Virus record (IMG/VR): IMGVR_UViG_2974596396_000001 | Coordinates: 88,254 to 152,253 of that record | Length of the DNA: 64,000 nt | Reading direction: 5' to 3' (one strand) | From: a virus | Lineage: Duplodnaviria > Heunggongvirae > Uroviricota > Caudoviricetes > Ackermannviridae | Shown: one piece after another, positions 57,176-64,000 of the stretch | How the letters are laid out: every line of letters begins with the position of its first letter | Numbering within the stretch: position 1 is the first letter of the stretch | Translations under genes and position numbers: made by a program | Notes under the pieces: generated by a model | The model's input: the letters and a program-made list of their open reading frames with translations, nothing else | What the model was told of the DNA's origin: nothing | The model's database searches: none

Positions 57176-58801
57176 TCATGCGCCTTTACCACCAAAATTG
57201 CCACCGTTATCCTCTAACTCCGGTTTTATATCAATTGGACCTGGGCCTGTAGTTGTTACAGGAGTTGCCCCCGCACGTGAGGCGGCGCGGCCAGCGCCTT
57301 CAGCATATTTGATGTTGCCTTCAATAGTCTGCGCCACCGACAACTTATCACAAACTATTTCACTAGCCAGTATTTTAGGCACTTTCAAAGTATTGGAAAC
57401 TTCCAACATTTCACAGATGAGACGCAACACGTTCTGTGCCTGTATCTCAGCCAATTGGGAAAATTTCATCAACGCCGTGCCAGCGACCACATTGGAGTAG
57501 TTAGAAGAGTGCAAGTGGTAAACTTCTCCTGTCTTACGCTGTACTTCAGTCCCGCCGATAGTCAGGTTATGATCGCGCCCCACATAATAACGTTTGTCAA
57601 ACATCGTCAGATCATAATGATCTTTGACTGATTTATTGACCACGTCCCCGTCAGGAAGCATCTGCTTATAAGACCCCGAGGAGTGCATCCAATGGAGACG
57701 TTCCCCGCCTGGAGTGTCATCAACCTCCATAATATGCCCCGACCGAGATGCCATGACATTGTTGTAAGGATAACGAGACCCGCCAGCAGAAGGAACCGAT
57801 ACCTCTCCTGTGTTGTCAATATCCTGAACACGACCAGAAGGAGGCGGTGTTTCTTGGACTTTCGGGGTACGATCCGGAATAGGTTCAGACCATTTACCGT
57901 TTTGTTGTGCCGGAGCTGCTGAAGCTGTAGTTGCTGGACCTGGCCAACGATAACCCAACACGGATGAGCGGCTAAAACGGCTCACCTTCACAGAATCGGA
58001 TTGGTTTCCCCCGATACACCAAACGTAGTTGGCGTCAAATTTCTGAACGAATGCAACGTGACCGAATGTCGGGTTGTTCCCGCGCCGGAACACTACAACA
58101 GCGCCGTAACGTGGTTCTGACAGAGGAGACCCCCATTGTAAATATGAACGAGCCAAAGCAGAACGTGTTGATGTATATCCGGCCTGTATCAGAACCCATC
58201 CGACAAACGACGCACACCAACTAACTTCATCTTCTGACGCCCCCAGGGAAGTTGTCTTATGATATTCCAATATCCTTGGGTTGTTATTGAACTTACCAGA
58301 ATATTCTTTGACACCCAATTCCCCACGAGCCACGGTCATCCACTTCTCAGGATCATATCCGTCTACTGGTGGTTGTGGATCCGGTTGCGGTTCATCCTCA
58401 ATCTTAACAGGAACATTCTCGACGGCATTATACTTCTGCCTTTCTATAGATTGAACGACCTGACCCAGCGCCAATGGGTTTGTATCTGACCCATCTGTTG
58501 GTGTTGCTGCTGGCCATACCCATGCAATACGGATGTTCTGATATGCTTTATCTAAAGCAAACCCCATGACGTCAGAGCCGACAGTGATACCCGTCGGAGA
58601 CCAGCCTAAACCTGCCGAGGAGGCGTTAGATGCTGGCATAAGCATTTTACCCCAAGGCAATAATTCGGTAGGCAGGAGAGTGGTATCCTCCGTGTGTACC
58701 CCATAGATGCGTACTGCGACGCGCCCGTTTTGATCGGGATCATTCACGTCTTCAACGCGCCCGTAAAACCAACGCAAGTTGTCTAACATATTGAAACCCA
58801 T
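57176..58801 (-). CDS. 5: Baseplate hub/cell-puncturing protein gp5-like with a CHAP peptidase domain in place of lysozyme
   Basis: N-terminus NLRWFYGRVEDVNDP-GRV-VRIYG-LPW matches the T4 gp5 OB domain. The central domain C-ASFVGW-GHVAFV-GGNQ is a CHAP Cys/His peptidase. Confidence 0.75.
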   Translation of the reverse strand: MGFNMLDNLRWFYGRVEDVNDPDQNGRVAVRIYGVHTEDTTLLPTELLPWGKMLMPASNASSAGLGWSPTGITVGSDVMGFALDKAYQNIRIAWVWPAATPTDGSDTNPLALGQVVQSIERQKYNAVENVPVKIEDEPQPDPQPPVDGYDPEKWMTVARGELGVKEYSGKFNNNPRILEYHKTTSLGASEDEVSWCASFVGWVLIQAGYTSTRSALARSYLQWGSPLSEPRYGAVVVFRRGNNPTFGHVAFVQKFDANYVWCIGGNQSDSVKVSRFSRSSVLGYRWPGPATTASAAPAQQNGKWSEPIPDRTPKVQETPPPSGRVQDIDNTGEVSVPSAGGSRYPYNNVMASRSGHIMEVDDTPGGERLHWMHSSGSYKQMLPDGDVVNKSVKDHYDLTMFDKRYYVGRDHNLTIGGTEVQRKTGEVYHLHSSNYSNVVAGTALMKFSQLAEIQAQNVLRLICEMLEVSNTLKVPKILASEIVCDKLSVAQTIEGNIKYAEGAGRAASRAGATPVTTTGPGPIDIKPELEDNGGNFGGKGA

Positions 58802-58821
58802 TAGTCAATTAGAATCATGTG

Positions 58822-58830
58822 ATATTTATG
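58822..58830 (-). promoter_or_regulatory. Candidate late promoter (CATAAATAT) for the gp5-like gene
   Basis: Minus-strand ATAAATA about 20 nt upstream of the start at 58801. One mismatch to TATAAATA. Confidence 0.3.
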
Positions 58831-59135
58831 GCGGGGATTTGAAATCTGTCGAATAATATATTATAGGAAGCTCTGCTTCCGTTCAACCTTTATTCTTTTC
58901 GTTCCTACTCGCTGAAGCTCGTAACACCGCCTTGACAGGCAGTCCCATTCCAATGCCATGGAGGCATAAAGGCGAGGAAAATACTGTACACCTCAGAACA
59001 TGCGTAGAAAAGCATTATTTTTGTTTCAAAACAAATTCAAAACAGATTTACACAACATTCACATCAGGAACAATGGTGTTATAGCAATTTCGGGTTAAAC
59101 AATCCTTTCTTAAACGGTAATACAGGTAAGCAAAG

Positions 59136-59165
59136 AAAACCCCACATTACGTGGGGTTGGAAGAT
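59136..59165 (-). terminator. Rho-independent terminator (minus strand)
   Basis: AACCCCACGTAATGTGGGGTT followed by TTCTTTG on the minus strand. Terminates gene 59308-60111. Confidence 0.65.
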
Positions 59166-59307
59166 TTCTTAGACAATCTAATTTTCAGTGTCTCGGTAAG
59201 CAAATCAAGATGCCACGGCATCGATTCACTGATTTCAAATATACTATAGCCGTGTGCCTTTAATTCGTCACACATCACAAAATAGGAGAGTAAATCAATT
59301 TCAAAAA

Positions 59308-60111
59308 TTAAATGAAAATCTCAGTGACACTGTTAAATTTGACTTCGTGTTCTTTCCCACACGAAGGGCATTTAATTTTTGTCGCGTAACGAATACGCGG
59401 AATCTTTTTAAAGAAATCATTCGAAATGTCCTGAACAATCTCAGATTCAATATTGTCCCCAACCCATTTGACAAATTCATCCTTAATGCGTTGGCGTTCT
59501 TTAGCAACTTCTGGATCGATACCAGGTTCAGCCGGATTTTCCACCTTCCAAACCTGACCATCGTCGTCATACAGACAATCGATAAAGGTGGCAATCATTT
59601 GTTCAACAGAGGATGCTTCATTAAGCACTGAGGCATCCGAGAAGGACGGCTGGCGCATCTTTATATGATAACCACCTGGTAGATCAAACGTCTCCCTGAA
59701 GCCTTCTGGGGACACGCATTTTACCTGATTGAGCGGGATCGGTAACACAAGCTCTTGACCACAATCTTTAACACCAGAAACTGGTTCTTCACCTTCATTT
59801 GTGTCGGCTTGAACTTTATTGTTACATTTGTAACGTATCTTCATGACCTCGCCGATAGATATACAGCGCATCTTTAAAAATACTTCTTCAGTAACACCGA
59901 TTGGCAGTTTACTAAAGGGAACGCCAGCATCAACACAACTGTCAAATAGTTGCTCCAATGTTGCCACGCGCTCACTCATAGGAGTGTTCGGATCAGCAAC
60001 CTGAAGTAACATGGTCTGTTGCCCTGCTGTAAAGGCGCGGTATTTGATCACAGTCGGCCAGAAATCACTTTTATGTGTTCTCTCAGTTTTGGGCAATGAT
60101 GGTAAATTCAT
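59308..60111 (-). CDS. Late structural (baseplate-associated?) protein with a C-terminal zinc ribbon
   Basis: Minus-strand late promoter TATAAATA 28 nt upstream. C-terminal C-x-x-C KCPSCGKEH. Confidence 0.5.
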   Translation of the reverse strand: MNLPSLPKTERTHKSDFWPTVIKYRAFTAGQQTMLLQVADPNTPMSERVATLEQLFDSCVDAGVPFSKLPIGVTEEVFLKMRCISIGEVMKIRYKCNNKVQADTNEGEEPVSGVKDCGQELVLPIPLNQVKCVSPEGFRETFDLPGGYHIKMRQPSFSDASVLNEASSVEQMIATFIDCLYDDDGQVWKVENPAEPGIDPEVAKERQRIKDEFVKWVGDNIESEIVQDISNDFFKKIPRIRYATKIKCPSCGKEHEVKFNSVTEIFI

Positions 60112-60139
60112 AATGTATCTCCACGGTATATTGTAATTG

Positions 60140-60147
60140 TATTTATA
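60140..60147 (-). promoter_or_regulatory. T4-type late promoter TATAAATA (minus strand)
   Basis: The + strand reads TATTTATA, which is TATAAATA on the minus strand. 28 nt upstream of the start at 60111. Confidence 0.5.
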
Positions 60148-60160
60148 ACGAGGACTGAAA

Positions 60161-60685
60161 ATGCACGCGTTCTGTTTCAGTAAAGTGGGGGAGCAACTCG
60201 CAATTAATTATCCGGATGCAAACACGGACTTTTTTGTATTACTCACAGATTTTGCAAATAAATTGGGGATAAAGAATGTCGCCATGACCGTGTCCGATAT
60301 GAAATTCGGGTGGCTGGGAGTTAAAGATTTATTGAATTATGGATTCAATGTGATTATCGTTGATCCAACGTACAGCCCAATAGAAGAGGATGATGTTATT
60401 CCAGTTTGGGTTCAACGAGACATAAACACTCTGGATAAGCATTATCCCGATTGTGTCATCATTGGCGAATTAATACCATATTTTCATAAACGTCGTCGGC
60501 TTGAATCAATTAAAAGTTATTTTCAAGATAGCGATGACGGATATAAAATGGATGTCCTTACGAGCGGTTGGGTTGTGAAGAATACCACAGGCAATGCCGA
60601 CCGAATTACTTCCCGTCTTTATGAATATGTTAAAGAACGGGATTATGAACTGGAGAACAATAATGCCAAACGTAGAACGCGCTGA
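60161..60685 (+). CDS. Hypothetical protein
   Basis: ORF. Confidence 0.45.
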   Translation: MHAFCFSKVGEQLAINYPDANTDFFVLLTDFANKLGIKNVAMTVSDMKFGWLGVKDLLNYGFNVIIVDPTYSPIEEDDVIPVWVQRDINTLDKHYPDCVIIGELIPYFHKRRRLESIKSYFQDSDDGYKMDVLTSGWVVKNTTGNADRITSRLYEYVKERDYELENNNAKRRTR

Positions 60686-61148
60686 TATTCAGCAGGTACA
60701 AGACGTCATCCTTCAACGCCTTCGCGCTGTGATCACAAATGAAAAGGGAGAAATTGCGCCAGGGTTTGAAGGCGCATTCGACGGTTTCGTTGCTGATGAT
60801 CAGGGGAACCCCGTTGTACAAACGATCGCTGGCATGATTATGCTGAATAGCGAATTTATGGCTGATGGTAAAATCCATTATTCACCCAATCTCAGTGTTG
60901 ACGGAGAATCTTTGGCTTCCGAAGTGGTTGATTTAACGGTTGCCGTTGGTGAGTTGGGTTATGTTTTGATGGTTTGCACCGCGCATTATGTGGACGCCAA
61001 CGGCCATGTGTCGTATGGTGATGAGGCGCGAGGGATCAAACGTCATGTGGACACTTCTGCATTACTGCAACAGATACGTCAGATGCAAGAAGAAATGGAC
61101 TCCAAACCTCGCCTGATTTTACCGGAAAGCAAAATCGTCACCAGATAA
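60663..61148 (+). CDS. Hypothetical protein
   Basis: GGAGAA RBS. Overlaps the previous gene by 23 nt. Confidence 0.45.
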   Translation: MPNVERADIQQVQDVILQRLRAVITNEKGEIAPGFEGAFDGFVADDQGNPVVQTIAGMIMLNSEFMADGKIHYSPNLSVDGESLASEVVDLTVAVGELGYVLMVCTAHYVDANGHVSYGDEARGIKRHVDTSALLQQIRQMQEEMDSKPRLILPESKIVTR

Positions 61149-61160
61149 TCCGGTCTAAAT

Positions 61161-61197
61161 ACCCATAACACAATGAAACTTCGTTATGGGTATTTTT
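61161..61197 (+). terminator. Rho-independent terminator
   Basis: ACCCATAAC-N14-GTTATGGGT followed by ATTTTT. Confidence 0.7.
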
Positions 61198-61797
61198 ATG
61201 AAATTTTGCGGAATCGACTATTCTTACGGCTGTCCAGCCATGTGCTTCTGGGACGACAAAGATCCTCTGGATTTTGATCATCTTCATTTCTATGCACACC
61301 ATACCGTTGAGAAGCACTGTCGTCAAGTGCGACACAATATTCTTATTTTACGTCAACCCAAATATGAATCCCCCGAAGAACGGTTTTATAACATTTCCAA
61401 ATGGGCTGAAGCCGTACTTCTTACAGAGAAGCCGGATTTCATCACCCTAGAAGGCTATGCTATGGGGAATTCAAAAAACTCCAACAACATATGCCAAACC
61501 GCCGAGAACACATCTCTATTGAAACAAGCGATGCGCCGTAACAATATGGAATTTCAGATTGTTACCCCGTCTTTTGTTAAGAAACATTTTTGTGGTAAAG
61601 GAAATGCCGACAAATTGGTCATGATAGATCACTTTGAGAAGCTGTTCAACGTTAAGATGCGTGGTATAATGGACATGTTGGACGTGAAGGATCCAAAGCC
61701 TATCGATGATCTTGTAGACTCATTCGCAAACATGGTGTCTGGACCTTACTTCATAGAAAATTATCCCGATTTCAATAGAGGTGTAAGAAATGATTAA
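61198..61797 (+). CDS. RuvC-like Holliday junction resolvase
   Basis: FCGIDYS resembles the RuvC motif ILGIDPGS. KPDFITLEGYAMG resembles the RuvC motif QPDYFAIEQVF. An acidic block IDDLVDS is present. Confidence 0.55.
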   Translation: MKFCGIDYSYGCPAMCFWDDKDPLDFDHLHFYAHHTVEKHCRQVRHNILILRQPKYESPEERFYNISKWAEAVLLTEKPDFITLEGYAMGNSKNSNNICQTAENTSLLKQAMRRNNMEFQIVTPSFVKKHFCGKGNADKLVMIDHFEKLFNVKMRGIMDMLDVKDPKPIDDLVDSFANMVSGPYFIENYPDFNRGVRND

Positions 61798-62086
61798 TTA
61801 CTGGCTGTTGGCAGACATACTGCTTTTCGCCTTGCTGTTGATAACGGCATTTATTTGGGTTAAGGGATTCTTGACATTCCTTCATTCATTAAGTGCCATG
61901 GTATCTTTCTATGCGGTTTCGCCACATAGTGACGTCAATGTAAGAGCTGCAAATCAATCTGATATGTTGGCCGAATATGTTTTGCTGCGTGACAAAGCAA
62001 TCAGGATTGTCCTGTTTTCTACGCTGGTGGGAGCAGTTATTATATTTCTGCGACACGTATTGGAGGCGATTCATGCCGTTTTATGA
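61790..62086 (+). CDS. Membrane protein (2-3 TM)
   Basis: Hydrophobic helices. ATGA overlap. Confidence 0.45.
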   Translation: MINYWLLADILLFALLLITAFIWVKGFLTFLHSLSAMVSFYAVSPHSDVNVRAANQSDMLAEYVLLRDKAIRIVLFSTLVGAVIIFLRHVLEAIHAVL

Positions 62087-62318
62087 TTATGCCTGTACAG
62101 GTTGTGGAAATTCGTTTAGTGCTCGAAAATCTTGTGCTGAACGTCATACACCTGAATTAGAGCCATGTTCTGAATGTGGCGGTGAAATAAAAATGATTAT
62201 TGGAGCACCAAAGATCGTATCTGGTGTTCGTGGTCCTCAGTCCGCGCCTGATGGCTTCAAAGACGTTTTGCGTCATATTAAGAAGCAATCAGGGAAGGGG
62301 AATACAATCGATGTCTGA
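62073..62318 (+). CDS. FmdB-family zinc-ribbon protein
   Basis: MPFYDYACTGCG-CSECGG. GGAGG RBS. Confidence 0.55.
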   Translation: MPFYDYACTGCGNSFSARKSCAERHTPELEPCSECGGEIKMIIGAPKIVSGVRGPQSAPDGFKDVLRHIKKQSGKGNTIDV

Positions 62319-62553
62319 TCAACAAATAGCACAAGTGCTCACACCAGATTCTTTTTCCGAATTGGTGTTGATGAGAGCAAGCCAACGCAAGGAATCAATC
62401 CTTGAAACGATGGCCAGTGTTTGTGAAGAGTATGACATCGAAGAAGCAAAGGTCAAAAAATTGATCACGCCTCCTCTTCTGTCAAGGCTAACAGCTGAAT
62501 GTTCTGATGCTCGGTTGTTGAAGGGTGAATTGAAATCTAAAAAACTCATTTAA
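62311..62553 (+). CDS. Hypothetical protein
   Basis: ATG overlapping the upstream stop. Confidence 0.4.
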   Translation: MSDQQIAQVLTPDSFSELVLMRASQRKESILETMASVCEEYDIEEAKVKKLITPPLLSRLTAECSDARLLKGELKSKKLI

Positions 62554-62562
62554 GGTTGTAAC

Positions 62563-62802
62563 ATGAGCAAAGAGCAAATCTATAAAATGTTGAAGGCGCA
62601 AGAGTATCTGCCAGGTTCTATCCGCTGGCGGCACGGTAGCCTCAATGAACATGCTGATGATATGGATCGTGTACGTTACACGACGCCGGAAGGTAAATCC
62701 TATGTCATCGAATACCATACATTCTTGGAAGGACACAAAACCTTCTCAGATGTGTACGACATTATTGAAATAGACCCAGCAAAACAAATGATTGCGGGTT
62801 AA
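62563..62802 (+). CDS. Hypothetical protein
   Basis: ORF. Confidence 0.4.
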   Translation: MSKEQIYKMLKAQEYLPGSIRWRHGSLNEHADDMDRVRYTTPEGKSYVIEYHTFLEGHKTFSDVYDIIEIDPAKQMIAG

Positions 62803-62898
62803 CTCAATAGCAAAACGCAGTATAATTACACCGTCGGAATAATTGACAAATACATTTACAGAATAGCCCGAAGGGGCGGATTATAGAGGAATATTAAA

Positions 62899-63930
62899 AT
62901 GGGTAATTTATTTGATCGTCTTAAACAATCTCGTGGCCAACAAGCCGAAGCTATGCAACAGCGACTCGCTCAGCAAGGCCAGCGTGTTGGTGGCGGTCGT
63001 GACCCGCGCATCTGGAAGTGGACCTGGAATGACAAGGGTACTTCTGAAAACATCATTCGTTTCCTGCCGATCCCTTTGGTGGACATGAAGGCTCAAGAAG
63101 AAGGCACCATCCCTGAAGATGCTGTGTTAACTCCGTGTGCCATGATCATGAAACACGCATTCCAGGGCGCTGGTGGTTGGTATATCGAAAACTCTCCTCA
63201 GACTTTCGGTAACGATGATCCTGTTCGTGACCATGACCGTCCTCTGTGGGCACAACAGAAAGAAACGAATGATGAAAAGCTGAAAACAGTTCTCAAAAAA
63301 CGTCTGCCGGACACCAAATACTACGCCAACATCCTGGTGATCAAAGATGGTAACAATCCGGAAAACAACGGCAAGGTCTTCTTGCTTGAGTTCGGTAATG
63401 CCGTCAAGAAAATCCTGGATTCGGCTCAGAATCCTAAGTTCTCAACTGACCCTAAATTCGACCCGTTCGATATGTGGGAAGGCGCGAACCTGATTCTGAA
63501 CCTCTTTGGTGAAGAGAAAGAGTTCGGAAACTGGAAAGGTCTGGTGGCTAACTTCACCAATGTGAAGTGGGATACTCCGGCACCTTTGGGGACAGACGAA
63601 TACATTGAAGAGATCTGGGAAAAAGAACACAGTCTGTTTGAGTTCTTTAATCCGGCCAACTTCAAATCGTACGAAGATCTGGAAAAACGTTTGCGCAAAG
63701 TTCTGGCCATCCCTGACAATCAGCCTCTGGTTGAAGGTGGTGCTTCTACTATGGCACATGCGCCTACCCAGTCTCAGGAACCCCAGCGCCCAACAGCGCA
63801 GGAAAGTCTGAACCAACAACAATCTCAGCCTTCTAATGCACAGCAATCTGTTCCAGCCAATAATGGTGGTGCCGATGCGAAACAGACGGCTACTATTGAT
63901 GAGTTCGAGCAGTTCCTGAAGCAAGACTAA
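62899..63930 (+). CDS. 32: Single-stranded DNA-binding protein gp32
   Basis: IRFLP-, WYIE-S, YYANILVIKD-PENNGKVF and PWEGANL blocks match T4 gp32. Acidic C-terminal tail. Confidence 0.9.
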   Translation: MGNLFDRLKQSRGQQAEAMQQRLAQQGQRVGGGRDPRIWKWTWNDKGTSENIIRFLPIPLVDMKAQEEGTIPEDAVLTPCAMIMKHAFQGAGGWYIENSPQTFGNDDPVRDHDRPLWAQQKETNDEKLKTVLKKRLPDTKYYANILVIKDGNNPENNGKVFLLEFGNAVKKILDSAQNPKFSTDPKFDPFDMWEGANLILNLFGEEKEFGNWKGLVANFTNVKWDTPAPLGTDEYIEEIWEKEHSLFEFFNPANFKSYEDLEKRLRKVLAIPDNQPLVEGGASTMAHAPTQSQEPQRPTAQESLNQQQSQPSNAQQSVPANNGGADAKQTATIDEFEQFLKQD

Positions 63931-63937
63931 TTTCGCT

Positions 63938-63966
63938 AAAGCCCCTTCGGGGGCTTTTTAGTTTTT
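63938..63966 (+). terminator. Rho-independent terminator
   Basis: AAAGCCCC-TTCG-GGGGCTTT followed by TTAGTTTTT. Confidence 0.85.
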
Positions 63967-64000
63967 GACAACATCCTGTAACAATCCCAACAGACTACTC

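Noticed and set aside
57123-57922. + strand ORFs (57123, 57683) overlapping the gp5-like gene
   Set aside because: Antisense to the conserved hub gene, so they are shadow ORFs.
1-64000. Search for CRISPR arrays, integrase, transposase or att-like long direct repeats
   Set aside because: None seen. The only repeats are short regulatory motifs and NUMOD protein repeats.

Overview
This window is a contiguous segment of a T4-superfamily (Tevenvirinae-like or Ackermannviridae-like) myovirus genome, about 45% GC, with the genes almost all on the + strand. The T4-like core is recognisable by homology. The head module comes first (gp20 portal C-terminus, gp67- and gp68-like core proteins, gp21 protease, gp22 scaffold, a 440-aa gp23). 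The replication and recombination set follows (UvsW, gp45, gp44, gp62, RegA, DenV, RNase H, gp55, gp47, gp46, gp61 primase, gp32). Also present are a nucleotide-metabolism block (PhoH, NrdA, NrdB, glutaredoxin), an endolysin, and a minus-strand late baseplate cluster (gp25, a gp5-like hub carrying a CHAP domain, one more late protein). About 16.2-35.4 kb is an accessory island in the slot where T4 carries gene 43. It holds a MazG-like protein, a 398-aa unknown enzyme, a 672-aa unknown protein, a Zn-finger protein, a RyR-domain protein, a vWA/MIDAS protein, an ACP homologue whose phosphopantetheine-site Ser is replaced by Asp, a ParB-like nuclease domain protein, secreted proteins, an SPFH/Band-7 lipoprotein with a small TM partner, an HU homologue and a DinG-family Fe-S helicase. 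Three free-standing homing endonucleases are present (two HNH, one GIY-YIG). Host-type early promoters (TTTACT-N17-TATACT/TATTAT) recur and are often fused to the preceding rho-independent terminator hairpin. T4-type late promoters (TATAAATA) sit about 22-29 nt upstream of several structural genes. I found no tRNA, CRISPR array, integrase or transposase. Every functional call comes from motif and homology reading by eye, so database searches are needed to confirm them.
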